A stretch of 64,000 bases of DNA from Candidatus Marinacidobacterales bacterium (GTDB lineage Bacteria; Acidobacteriota; Vicinamibacteria; Marinacidobacterales; DATDRI01): contig CBDCNP010000001.1 in NCBI GenBank assembly GCA_965219415.1, positions 192,001 to 256,000 on the forward strand, given 5' to 3'. Numbering within the stretch: position 1 is the first letter of the stretch; every line of letters begins with the position of its first letter. Of this stretch, positions 11,390 through 22,683 are shown piece after piece. The notes under the pieces were generated by a model that did not search any database, was not told the DNA's origin, and was given only the letters and a program-made list of their open reading frames with translations. A program made the translations under genes and the position numbers.

Positions 11390-13438
11390 ATGGACATGGA
11401 CGATTTCCGGAAGGCAGTTCGCTATCTCCTAGACCGGACCACTGCAGGTTCGGCGATCCCAGATGGTCCAAAGAGAATGTGCGTGCACTTTCTCGAGCGA
11501 CTACAATCGAAGCCGGGATCGCCGGCACGGGGCCAGGCCGATCGCTTTGGCATCGAGACATCAAATGGCGAGACGTCGCATCGCTATTCCTCGAGGGTTC
11601 AGACATCATCGAGGCCGAGCTGGCCAATGCCGAGCGTCTCGAGCCCGATCTGGGTGTGCGCCTATCCCGCCTTGCGTCGTCGCTGCCACTCCCCGAAACA
11701 CCAACTACCGACCCACCGGCGGAGCTCATCGAGCGCTTCTGGGCGGTATTCATGCCTGACGCCGTCGGCGTTCGCAGCAATTGGGAACAGCGGACCCGGG
11801 AGCTCCGGCAACGACGGATGGTGAACATCGAGTCCTTGTGCTCCGAGCCAATTCAAAGTCCAGGGCGCGAGCTGCTGTGGACATCCAACGTGCTTCTTAC
11901 CTTGCCCGATCCCGGCACGCCGGCTCGAGACCTGAAGCTCAAGCCCGATATTCGCCGGCGGATCGAAGCCATAGACCCCGACAAGCAGACCTACTGGTAT
12001 GACCATCCGGTGCCGATCGGAGTCGCACCCGAGAAGAACGAGCTCCTCTATGGTCTAGGCGGTATCGCCGAGATGTTTCGTTTCGAGAAGGAGCGCGGGA
12101 TGGCCGGTCCCGTTGATCGCCTCGCGGTGGCTCTTTCGGTGAGCGTGACCCACAGCGGACTTGAATCCGTGGCGCGGGAGTACATCCAGGGCGCATTGAC
12201 TCAAAAACCCGGACTCGGAGACCTCGACGTCTACGTATTCACCGAGGCGGATACGCGCCGACTGGTGGAAGAAGTTTCTAGCTCCCGCCGCTAGACTCTT
12301 CGATCTGGATGAACCGGAGCCCGATTCCTTCGCCCGCATCTTCGGCGTCGATGGACCCTATGCTCGACACTACAATTTTCTCAAAGCGATCAGCGCCCTC
12401 TGGCAGACTGTGCGCGATCCAGCGCTCAAGGCGACCTACAAGTTCGATCTCGATCAAGTGTTCCCTCAGGAGAACCTGGTTCGAGAGCTCGGCCGGAGCG
12501 CCTTCGAGCTTCTGACGACCCCCATTTGGGGCGCGACCGGTAGGGACCAGGAGGGCAACGCGGTGGAGCTCGGCATGGTGGCCGGTGCCCTCGTCAATCA
12601 GTCCGACATCGACCGAGGTCTCTTTACTCCGGACGTCACGCTGCCTCACCTGCCGCTTCCCTTCGACCGGTGGGTCTTCCCTACTCAGGTGCCCCAGGCA
12701 CTCTCCACCGTCGCGGAGATGATGACACGCGACATCAATGATGCGGATGAAGGGGGTGATGGGCCGGACGGAAAGCGCACCTGCTCGAGTCGTTTTCACG
12801 TTACCGGCGGGACGACCGGTATTCGAGTGGACGCACTCCGTCAATATCGACCGTTCGCGTATTCTCGGATAAGCCGAGCTGAGGACCAGGCGTATATCAT
12901 GCCCGTCCTCTACCAGCCGGGTCCTCCCTATCTCCGATACGCCCACGTGCCGGGACTGATCATGCGCCACGACAAGCAAGGGCTCTTCGGCGATGCGATG
13001 CGAACCGCCGCGGCGGGAAAGACGGCGGGGGACTATGAGCGAATGATCCTGTTCTCGCACCTTGTGGAAGCGCTCCCATGGTCTCGCGACCGAACGCGCG
13101 ACGCCCTGGCGCCTTTCACGGGAAGCTTCATCCAACCGATAGGTGTGACTTTGGCGCTTCTTGCCTTCGCCCCTCGGATCTTGAGCCTGAAAAACAAGGA
13201 GCAGGCCGAAGAACTTCTTCGGGTGGGCTCACGGAGATTGGGGCCGCTGCTCAGAGATCTGCAGACCGATCCCGACTGGGTTCGGCGAGCTCATCGGGAG
13301 GAGCTGGGGGCTTGGAACGCGTTTTACGACGTTTTGGATCACCTCGAGAAGGGGCTCGAGACCGAATCGGCGGAAGCCCGACAACTCTCCCGTCGAGCCA
13401 ACGCCATCTTGGAGGCCACGAAAGTCGACGTCTCCTGA
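11390..13438 (+). CDS. Large uncharacterised protein, possible GT-A-like fold (at least 2 frameshifts)
   Basis: Consecutive ORF pieces: YWYDHPVPIG, FGVDGPYARHYNFLKA, YKFDLDQVF, SRAEDQAY. Confidence 0.6.
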
Positions 13439-13446
13439 AGATGAAG

Positions 13447-16269
13447 CTATTCTTCAGCCGCCAATTCCAGAAGCCGTGCCCTGGTTTCGGCCGACCAGCC
13501 GGAGTGGGCTTCGATGACGCGGCCCGCCTCGTCGACGAGAAGGGTCAACGGCACGGTGAGTTGCGGCGACGCGTAAACCTTCATGATGTCCTTCTCATCG
13601 AGCAGGACATTCGTATAGCGGATCGAGCGCTCCTCGAGGTAAGAGAGCGCGGTATCCCGCTGCCCGAAATCCAAGCTGATACCGATTAGATCGACGCCGG
13701 CGGCGGAGAGTTTATCTTGAAGCCGCGACAGCTCGGGCATTTCGACGGAGCACGGGACACACCAAGTCGCCCAGAAGTTCACGACGGTCTTTCGCCCTGG
13801 CTTCAAGAGGGAACCGAGCGTGACCGTGGACGGCGACGACGACGATAAACCCGTCAACGAAAGCTCGGGCAGGACCTCGCCTTTTCGAAAGGCGAGACTA
13901 TGGAAAAGTTGTTCCGACGCCGGCTCGGGGTCGGGCAAGCTTCGGAGTCGCTCCGAAACCACCTCGACCGTCCCGGTTCCCTCCACGAGCCGCAGGCTTT
14001 GACCGGCGCGGACATCACGGTACGTCTCCACCAAGCCGGAGGGCCAGGTCACCGCAAGCTCGTAGCTTTCATGCTGGCTCGAGGGAGGGCCGAGCCCGAA
14101 GACCAGCCGTGGATCGCCAGCGGAAACGAATCCGCTACCCCCCGACTTGATCTTGGTTTGGGTTCCTAGTGGCGTCCGCACACGGACCACGGTCCCGAAA
14201 GCATCTCGAGCCGACTTCGTTCCCACTAGACTCACCCGGAGGAAGCCGTTTTCTTGCCCGACGTTGTTCCGATAGAGAAGCCGCCCTTCGTTTTGAACCG
14301 GCACCACCACGACGTCCAGATCTCCGTCGTTGTCGAGGTCCGCGAACGAGCAGCCCCTGCCATCCCCGATGGAGTCCAGACCCGAAACGCCAGAGATCTC
14401 GAGGTAGCTCCCGTCTCCCCGATTCAAATACAAACCGTCGCGCTCGAAACCACTGAATGACAGGCCCTTTTCGAAGAGCTCGGTCATGTGATGGTTCTGG
14501 TAATCAGCATTCCCCGCCTGCTCGACTTTAGCCGCGGCCGCCACCACGTGGCGCCAAAACAGACTTCACGTGTCTTTCATGGTCTTGCCAGACACGAAGC
14601 CGTTGACGGAGAAGGCATCTTCCCAGCCATCGTTGTCCAAATCGAAAAACCCGCCCCCATATGCCCAACCAGCGCCAAACCCTCCGGCACGCTGCGCGAC
14701 GTTCTTGAACGTACCGTCACCTTGATTTTCGAAGAGCGAGTTGCCGGCGGCGAGTTTCTTGAGAACCACTCCATCCGGGGTGGCGTCGGGCATGAGTCTC
14801 TTCAGAATGCGATTGCCCGCAGTCGAGGACATGTTCGTCACGTGGAGGTCCAAGTCACCGTCGTTGTCGTAGTCCCCGAAGGACACACCCATGCCGTTGC
14901 CGGGATCGACTACACCTCTTTGTACGGCCTCGTCGCGGAAGTGGTCGCCGTAGTTCACGTAGAGAGCGTTCTCGCCGAAGTCGTTCGCCACGTACAGATC
15001 CTGGTGCCCGTCGGCGTTCACGTCGGCAAACGCGGCCGCGTAGCCCCATCGCGAATCATCGACCCCCCACTTCGTCCCGTCCTCTCGGAAACGGCCGTTA
15101 CCCTGATTAATGAAAAGAAGATTGGGCGTTCCGTTGCTTGCCCTGCTCCAGGAGTTGGGCATCACCTGGCCGTAGAGATTGTAGGAAGTGACATAAATGT
15201 CTGTCCACCCGTCTCCATTTACATCCGCCGCCACAGCGCTGAAACCTACCGCTCGGTGGTCAACGCCCGCCTCACTGGACACATCCAAGAAGCGAAGCTC
15301 CCCGGTGGGCTGCAACTGGTTTTGAAGCAAGCTCTGTTCTCCGACGGCGGCAAAGAAAATGTCCAGGTCCCCGTCGTTGTCGTAATCGAGGAGGAGCGTT
15401 CCCGTTCCGTCCCGGCTATACCCGACGAGCGTTTCCTCAGAGACATCGCGAAACGGACCCTCCCATTCGTTCAGAAACAATCGATTTCCCAGAACCCCAC
15501 TCGTCACGATGTCGAGCAAACCGTCGTCGTTGACATCGCCCACCGCCGCACCATGAGCCTTGAAGCCGTCGTTGGGAGGCTCGCCGAAGGCAGGCACGCC
15601 CTCCCACAGCCCGGCGGGTCGAGTCACATCAGAAAACAGATCCTCCTCGGACAGCATGCTTTCAAGCGACTCGAACGACCAACTCCGAACGCTCCACAGC
15701 TCTTCGGGCGCTCTGTCTACACGGAGCCGAATCCATCCACGTACCCATTCGCGCCGGCCCTTCCCGTCGCAGCCTACCACAAAGAAGAAGACGCGGCTTT
15801 CGCCGCGAGTCGGCGTACCGCTGTCGAACTCTGCCGCTTTCACTTTGAGGCGGACGTCCTCGATTTCGGTGAAATGAGACAGAAACGCTTCGATACCTCC
15901 AAGGAAGTCGGCGCGGTCGATTATCTTGGGAACCGTGTTGAGATCCCAGCCGTGCCGGCGGATCCACTTGATGTCGTGCTGAACGGCACCCGACCGAGTG
16001 GGGAATAAAGTGGCCTCGAACTCCTCGGGAAAGTATTTTGCGGCCTTCCCGAGGTCTTGTCGGCGAAGTACGACCGACAAATCCAAGAGCTGGTTCGCGA
16101 GCGACTCTGAATCGTCCTCGATCTGCTCGAGCGCGGCGCGATCGAGCTCGAGAGAAGGCCGTTCCTGAGCCCCGACATCGCTGGAACGGAGGCAAACGAG
16201 GAATGCAAGTGCTACCGCCGCCGGAACGGCGACGCGGCCTCTCCCACGGAACGACGCGCTAGCTAACAT
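13447..16269 (-). CDS. Predicted selenoprotein: exported FG-GAP/CRTAC1 beta-propeller plus ASPIC/UnbV plus TlpA-like thioredoxin domain (~940 aa, Sec568)
   Basis: ORFs 14566-16269 and 13447-14547 are in the same frame and separated only by TGA (14566-14568) and six sense codons. DxDxDGxxD repeats occur on both sides; C-terminal WATWCVPC; SECIS-like hairpin follows the TGA. Confidence 0.75.
14530..14565 (-). promoter_or_regulatory. Putative bacterial SECIS element
   Basis: UGA-AGUCUGUUUUGGCGCCAC[GUG]GUGGCGGCCGCGGCU: 6-bp upper stem CGCCAC/GUGGCG, G-first loop 18 nt after UGA, lower stem AGUC/GGCU. Confidence 0.65.
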
Positions 16270-16505
16270 GGATGTTCATCAGTTTAGACAATCCCCTTGC
16301 GCGTGCCAATAGAGAGTTAGTTTGGATTTTTGACCCCGCCGGTGGCATCCAGACCGTGACAGATTCTACAGCAAAGCTGATAAGCCTTGCGGTTGGGAGG
16401 AGGAGCCGCAGAATGAGCACCACTATATCCGTCCACGGTTTCCTGTACTTCATTATTTCTGCTCCTTGATTAGAAAAGACACGGCTTGCGTCGCATTCGG
16501 TCCGG

Positions 16506-17630
16506 TCAAAATTTGTAGTTAAAGTCGAATCGGAATCGGCTTCCATCTTGGATGGTGGTGATGGCATCTACAATGTACAGGCGCGCGAGCAAGAGCATGT
16601 TCTTCACCGGCGCATAGCCGCCGCGGATCTCGTGACCCTGGAAATCACTGGCCGCGGTCTGCGTCTGGTTTCCGAATCGAAGCCAGTCGTCTTCGGCATA
16701 CGAGGCGTGCACGGCAAGAGTCTCTATCCACGCGTAGTAGTAGCCGATCACGAAACCTCCGAGCTTGCTAGGGTTGCCAAACCGGACCGACGCCACCGCC
16801 CCAGTCTTTTGATCATGGTTCGCCGCGGTAAAAGGATCCGGATCATTTGGAGAGTAGCTCTTGAGATTGTACGCTAGGTCGAGCCCCAGCGTCATTGGAA
16901 TCCTAGTTGCGAATTTGGCTTGGATGTCACCCGTCCACAGGTCGTAGTCGCGCGCGCCATTGCCATCGAGCAGGTTTCGGGCGCCCTTCTCACCGAGTAG
17001 AAAAAAAGGCCGGTCGCGAAGTTGAAGTTGGCACTGTTGCACTTCCTGCCGTAAACGACCTGTCCCGCTACCATGTTCCCTACGAAATGATCCATGCCGT
17101 CGGCGTTGAAGTAGAAACCGCCAATCAGCGAGAGTCGAGCGTTTTCAGGCTTGAAGTCATGCCGGCCGGTGAACCCAGCCACCGTGACGTCGTCGTCCCA
17201 GAAGAGCTCGTTCTGTTTCCAAAACGGCTAGCTATTTCGGCCCAACCAGGCCGAGCTCCGCTCGCCCTTGATCTGAAAGTAGTACTTGTCGAGGAGCAAG
17301 TCTCTCGGCCCTTTCGGGCTGCCTTCGAAATCGTTGGATGGTGATATGGGGAGACTGCTGAATTTCCCAGGCGCCCGTTCGGAACCGCACTCCAAAGGAG
17401 AACAAGGGAGCCGGTCGGTAGTCGAAGCCGATGCGAGCCCGAATCCGGAGACGCTGGCGATCCGCTCTCTCAACCCCACTCACGCGTTCGGAATCGAAAT
17501 CGTCCTCGAACCGAAAACGAAAATCTCCATAGAGGCCGATCTTGCCGGCTTCATCCAGCTTGATCTCGGCGAGAGCCGGGCCGGGCATGAACAGAAAAAG
17601 GAGGCCCGCCGAGAACCATGTCCAGAACAT
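16506..17630 (-). CDS. Putative outer-membrane porin (several frameshifts)
   Basis: Signal peptide; GDFRFRFE...RQRLRIRARIG; beta-strand pattern ending in aromatic C-terminus FRFDFNYKF; three ORF pieces. Confidence 0.7.
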
Positions 17631-17769
17631 GATTCGCCAGGCGAGGAAAATTTCAGACCCTCTTGTCTTCCCTGCAGTCTCCCCCACAATGTGGCTCCTC
17701 CAGATAGTTGTCTGCTCTTTCGGGGCGCGGCTGGCCCCTGCGGGTTAGCTTGTCACGCTTTGTCGCCCT

Positions 17770-17958
17770 TTGGCCAATGAGGAGCAGACGCTCTTCGTCA
17801 TGCACCTCGAGCACCGCATGCGCGCCTTCCAAGGCACGTTCCACGCCAGTCCCGATTGCGCCCTGTGGTATGGGTGGAGCGACATGGTCCGCGATCCGGC
17901 CGAGAGCAAAGAGCGCGCGGCGGACTTGAGGGAGCGACACCAAAGGGGCGACCGATAA
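17770..17958 (+). pseudogene. C-terminal fragment of a multiheme cytochrome c (HAO-like)
   Basis: EQTLFVMHLEHRMRAFQGTFHASPDCALWYGW recalls the C-terminal helices of HAO-like cytochromes. No CxxCH motifs upstream. Confidence 0.5.
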
Positions 17959-18062
17959 GAGTCTGCTTGGACGAGACACCGCCTTGGGTATTGTAGTCAG
18001 CGGCGCCCGAGACGTGAGACAATCCGCGGACTTGGATGTCTCACGTTCGGGAGGTGCCCCTG

Positions 18063-21000
18063 ATGTTACCCAATCGTTCGAGCCGTATCGCCCTCTGGGC
18101 TGGTCTTTTCCTTAGCTTGGCGCTCATTCCACCGGGCCTGGCGCAGGAAACGCCAGAGGAAGAGCCAAAGGAAGAAGACAAGGGCCTACCCCTCGAGCCG
18201 ACCCGTAAAATCGAGTTCGTCACCGACGAGGCCACTTGGCTGTCTCTCGACGTCTCGCCGGACGGCCAGACGATCCTCCTCGAACTGGTCGGTGATCTCT
18301 ACACGTTGCCGATCGAGGGTGGAGAGGCGATCCCCATTTCCACCGGTCTCGCCTTCGATAGCCAGCCAAAATACTCTCCCGCAGGTGACCGTATCGCGTT
18401 CGTAAGCGATCGCGACGGGGCCGAAAACGTTTGGACCGCTCGCGCCGACGGCAGCGAGCCCAAGAAGCTCAGCCAGGACACGCGCGCCGACTTCGCCTCT
18501 CCGACCTGGACGCCCGACGGCGAATGGGTCGTGGCCTCCCGCTCGTCCTGGGGCCTCGGAACGTTCGAGATCTGGATGTACCACGTCGACGGAGGGGCCG
18601 GCGTGCAAATCACCAAGGCCAAGCCGAAGCCCGAGACGCCACGCAATCAACGACACAATGCCATCGGTGTGGTGGTGTCTCCAGACGGGCAACATTTCTA
18701 CTACGCGCGAAAGATGGGCGGCTTTCAATACAACGCCAACTTCCCACTCTGGCAGATCGCGCGCCGAGACCAGGTGACGGGCGACGAAGACATACTGACG
18801 CAGTCTCAAGGTAGTGCCATCCGCCCGCTCTTGTCTCCAGACGGAACCAAGCTGGTTTATGGCACGCGTTTCGATGCCGAGACCGGTCTACGCCTCCGGA
18901 ATCTGACGACGGGCGAGGACCGGTGGCTCATCCATCCTGTGCAAAGAGACGACCAGGAGTCCCGGTTCACGCGCGACCTGCTTCCTGGATACGCCTTCAC
19001 TCCCGATGGAAGCGAGATCATCGTGACCATCGGCGGCAAGATCCACCGCGTGAATGTCGAGAGCGGTAACTCACGCGTCATTCCATTCAGCGCCACGGTG
19101 TCTCAGGAGCTCGGGCCGAGACTTCATTTTCCACGCCGCGTCGAGGAAGGGCCGGTGCGTGCCCGTATCATCCAAGACCCCGCAACCTCGCCGGATGGGG
19201 AGCGGGTCGCGTTTTCGGCGCTCACCCGGATCTACGTCATGGAGCTCCCGGACGGCTCTCCACGCCAGCTCCTTCCCGGTGAAGCTCGAGGCTTCCAGCC
19301 CGCTTGGTCGCCGGACGGCCAGTGGCTCGTGTACGTGACCTGGTCCGGCGAACGCGGTGAGGGAGGGCAGATTTGGAAAGTGCGAGCCGACGGAACCGGC
19401 AACCAGCGACTTACGACCGTCCCGGCTTTCTACAGCGATCCGGTTTGGGCCCCGGATGGCTCGCGAATCGTTGCGCTTCGGAGCACGCTTCACGAGCGGC
19501 TCACAAGCCCCGTCGATTTTGGGCAAGTCACGGGATTGGACGTCATCTGGATCCCGTCTGGCGGCGGCGATGCGAACCTCGTCATTCCCGCGCGGGGACT
19601 CGGCAAGCCTCACTTCACCGGCGACCCGGAGCGGATCTTCCTGTACTTTGCCAGCACTTTCGGAATGAACCCAAAACATGGTCTCGTTTCGCTCCGATTC
19701 GACGGCACCGATCGACGAGAGCACCTTCAACTGACTGGCCCGGGTCCTTACTTTGCCGAGGAGCCGGTGGGCGCAGACGACATGCGTGTCAGCCCGGACG
19801 GGCGTTGGGCTCTGGCGCGCGTCGGCAACCAACTCTATCTCGTAGCGGTGCCGCCGGTGGGCGGCGCTGCTCCGAAAGTCAACATCGAAAAACCCGCCGT
19901 TCCGCTCAAGAAACTCACCAACATGGGCGCGGATTACTTCGGCTGGTCCGACGACGGGAAGACCATCGCCTGGGCGATCGGATCCACCTTGTTTCGCCGC
20001 GCCCTCGACAGTGTCGTCTTCGATCCTCCCAAGCCTCCCAAGAAAGAAGAGGAAGACTCGGAGGACAAGGCCGACGAGGAGGAAGAGGACGACACACCGC
20101 TGGAGGAGGAAAGTGAAGTCGTCGACCGGATCGACATCGTCATCGAACGGCCTCGACACGCCCCTAAGGGGACCGCGGTGTTACGCGGCGGCACCGTCGT
20201 CACAATGAAAGGTGACGAAGTGATCGCCGATGCCGACATCGTGGTCCGCGACAATCGCATCGTCGCCGTCGGCGCGCGCGGCGAGGTGGACGTCCCCGCG
20301 GATGCCAACACCATCGACGTTAGTGGTACGACCATCGTTCCGGGGTTCATCGACACGCATGCCCATTGGTTCGAGATACGCCGCGGCGTGCTGGACGTCA
20401 TGAACTACAGTTTCTTGGCTAATCTCGCCTATGGCGTGACCGCCGGCCTCGATGTCCAAACGAGCTCGAACGATATGTTCGCTTATCAGGATCTCGTGGA
20501 CATCGGAGAGGGCAAGGGCCCCCGTGCCTATTCGACCGGCCCGGGAATCTTCTCCAATAACGCCTTCAAGAACGTGAAGGAGGCCAAAGGGGTCATCTCT
20601 CGCTACAAGAATCACTACCGCACGAGGAACCTCAAGTCCTACGTCGTGGGCAATCGGAAGCAGAGGCAGTTGATGGTACAGGCCGCCCACCAGCTTCAGA
20701 TGATGCCGACAACGGAAGGTGGACTCGATCTAAAGCTCGACCTCACTCACGTCCTAGACGGTTTTTCCGGCAACGAGCACAGCTTGCCCATTGTGCCGCT
20801 GTACAAAGATGTCGTGGAGCTCGTCGCGCGTTCGGGGATCGGCTATACACCGACTCTTCTCGTGGCATACGGCGGCCCGTGGGCGGAGAACGACTTCTAC
20901 ACGGCAACTGAGGTGCATGATGATGCGAAGCTGCGCCGCTTCCTACCGCACAACATCGTGGACGCCAAGAGCCAAAGGCGCCCGTGGTTTCGCCGCGATG

Positions 21001-21419
21001 AGCACGTTTATCCCAAGATCGCGGCGGCAGCGGCCGAGATCATACGGGCGGGCGGCTACGTCGGTATTGGAAGCCATGGCCAGCTCCAGGGCCTGGGCTA
21101 CCACTGGGAGATGTGGGCGCTGGCGAGCGGTGGCTTGAAACCGATGGAGGTGCTCCGCGCCGCGACGCTCCACGGTGCCCAGATCATCGGCCTCGCGGAG
21201 GACTTGGGAAGCATCGAGCCGGGCAAGATGGCCGACCTGGTGGTGCTGAACAAGAATCCTCTCGAGGAGATTCGGAACACGAACAGCGTGCGGTATGTCA
21301 TGAAGAACGGCGAGTTGTTTGATGGCGACACTCTTCATCAGATCTGGCCGAAGGAAGAAAAGCTCGAACCAATGTGGTGGTGGGATGCCGAACCAGTAAC
21401 GGAGAGTGGAGGGTTTTGA
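18063..21419 (+). CDS. Exported amidohydrolase with PD40/TolB-like beta-propellers
   Basis: Signal peptide, repeated SPDG motifs, PGFIDTHAH, GSHGQLQG and GSIEPGKMADLVVL. Confidence 0.9.
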   Translation: MLPNRSSRIALWAGLFLSLALIPPGLAQETPEEEPKEEDKGLPLEPTRKIEFVTDEATWLSLDVSPDGQTILLELVGDLYTLPIEGGEAIPISTGLAFDSQPKYSPAGDRIAFVSDRDGAENVWTARADGSEPKKLSQDTRADFASPTWTPDGEWVVASRSSWGLGTFEIWMYHVDGGAGVQITKAKPKPETPRNQRHNAIGVVVSPDGQHFYYARKMGGFQYNANFPLWQIARRDQVTGDEDILTQSQGSAIRPLLSPDGTKLVYGTRFDAETGLRLRNLTTGEDRWLIHPVQRDDQESRFTRDLLPGYAFTPDGSEIIVTIGGKIHRVNVESGNSRVIPFSATVSQELGPRLHFPRRVEEGPVRARIIQDPATSPDGERVAFSALTRIYVMELPDGSPRQLLPGEARGFQPAWSPDGQWLVYVTWSGERGEGGQIWKVRADGTGNQRLTTVPAFYSDPVWAPDGSRIVALRSTLHERLTSPVDFGQVTGLDVIWIPSGGGDANLVIPARGLGKPHFTGDPERIFLYFASTFGMNPKHGLVSLRFDGTDRREHLQLTGPGPYFAEEPVGADDMRVSPDGRWALARVGNQLYLVAVPPVGGAAPKVNIEKPAVPLKKLTNMGADYFGWSDDGKTIAWAIGSTLFRRALDSVVFDPPKPPKKEEEDSEDKADEEEEDDTPLEEESEVVDRIDIVIERPRHAPKGTAVLRGGTVVTMKGDEVIADADIVVRDNRIVAVGARGEVDVPADANTIDVSGTTIVPGFIDTHAHWFEIRRGVLDVMNYSFLANLAYGVTAGLDVQTSSNDMFAYQDLVDIGEGKGPRAYSTGPGIFSNNAFKNVKEAKGVISRYKNHYRTRNLKSYVVGNRKQRQLMVQAAHQLQMMPTTEGGLDLKLDLTHVLDGFSGNEHSLPIVPLYKDVVELVARSGIGYTPTLLVAYGGPWAENDFYTATEVHDDAKLRRFLPHNIVDAKSQRRPWFRRDEHVYPKIAAAAAEIIRAGGYVGIGSHGQLQGLGYHWEMWALASGGLKPMEVLRAATLHGAQIIGLAEDLGSIEPGKMADLVVLNKNPLEEIRNTNSVRYVMKNGELFDGDTLHQIWPKEEKLEPMWWWDAEPVTESGGF

Positions 21420-22669
21420 TGAGCACAGAAGCGAAGTCCGATGCGGTTGGCTATCGATGGGTCATTATCTTCTTGATATGGCTCGCTAACACCAGTGGCG
21501 CCCTCACCCAGTTGTCGGGCGGTCCGGTTCAGTTCTCGGTTGCCAAAGAGTTCGGCCTCAGCGCCGCCCAGTTGGCAACGTGGATCAATTTACCCCTGCT
21601 GGCCATCGGTCTCTTCTCGATCCCGGCCGGGATGCTGGTCGATCGCTTCGGAGCTCGCGTCGGTGTGGGGCTCGCGTTGTTCCTGATGGGTGTCTTCGCC
21701 CTTGGGCGCGGCGTCGCTCCCAGCTTTGCATGGCTTTGTATCGCAACCTTCGCGTTCGGGATCGGCTACGCCTTCCTCCTGAGCGGCATGCCGAAGGTGG
21801 TCTCAGAGTGGTTCCCGCCTCAAGAGCTAGGACGAGCCGTCGGATTCTATACGTCCGGGGCTTCCATGGGAGTGCTGACCGTCTTCTGGTTCGCGATACC
21901 TCTCTTCGGGGAAAAATGGAGAGACCTGTTCTTAGCGGCGGGTATCATGATGTCCGCTGCCTTTCTTGCCTGGCTCGTCCTCGGGAAGAGATCGCCCCGC
22001 GCGTCGTCGGGTCATGGAGCTCCGCGGGGAGTCGGCGACATGCTCCGAAGCTTTCGATCGGTGGCGAGCCAGCGCGATGTGAGGCTCCTGGTAGGACTCT
22101 GCGCCATGACGCAGGTCGGTGTCTTCGGCTGGCTGGCTTTTGGTTTTCCGTACTTGGTGATCGCCAAAGGGGCTCCGGAGGAAACGGCGGGCCAGGTGGT
22201 GGCGTTCACCATGGTGGGCTTCCTCTTTGGAGCACTCTCCGTATCCGGACTCTCCGATCGAGTCGGCAAGAGGCGACCCTTTCTGATCGGTCCCGCGCTT
22301 CTCACTTGCCTGCTCTTCTTCGGCCTGATCGTGGTTCCCCTGGGATGGCTCTTCTGGGCCATGGTCCTTTTGATCGGGTTTTGCCTTGCGGCGATTCAAG
22401 TTCTGCTATTCGCGTTGCCGCTCGAGCTTCCGGGGGTTTCGAAGGATCAGGTGGGCGCCTGCGAAGGTCTCATCATTTCAGTGGGGTACTTCTTCGGGAT
22501 CGCGGCCTCTCCGGTCTTGGGATCCATCCTGGGAAGCTACGAGGAGACGACACCCGAGCAGTTCTTCGTCGTGGTGGGCTGCATGGGAGCGGCGTTGGGC
22601 ATCGGGACCGTCCTATCGATGTTGATGAGTGAGACGGGACCGGCCGGTCGAAAGGCTTCTTCCGCATAG
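21419..22669 (+). CDS. MFS transporter
   Basis: About 12 hydrophobic helices; GMLVDRFGAR and GLSDRVGKRR motifs; start overlaps the upstream stop. Confidence 0.88.
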   Translation: MSTEAKSDAVGYRWVIIFLIWLANTSGALTQLSGGPVQFSVAKEFGLSAAQLATWINLPLLAIGLFSIPAGMLVDRFGARVGVGLALFLMGVFALGRGVAPSFAWLCIATFAFGIGYAFLLSGMPKVVSEWFPPQELGRAVGFYTSGASMGVLTVFWFAIPLFGEKWRDLFLAAGIMMSAAFLAWLVLGKRSPRASSGHGAPRGVGDMLRSFRSVASQRDVRLLVGLCAMTQVGVFGWLAFGFPYLVIAKGAPEETAGQVVAFTMVGFLFGALSVSGLSDRVGKRRPFLIGPALLTCLLFFGLIVVPLGWLFWAMVLLIGFCLAAIQVLLFALPLELPGVSKDQVGACEGLIISVGYFFGIAASPVLGSILGSYEETTPEQFFVVVGCMGAALGIGTVLSMLMSETGPAGRKASSA

Positions 22670-22683
22670 GACCCGTCATCATC

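Noticed and set aside
14488-16008. Long antisense ORFs (also 22537-23859, 30546-31697, 19071-20159)
   Set aside because: Shadows of well-supported genes on the opposite strand, common in GC-rich DNA, with no recognisable motifs.
16294-16310. TGGCACG on the minus strand as a sigma54 promoter for the FG-GAP gene
   Set aside because: The -12 TTGC element is missing at the required spacing.
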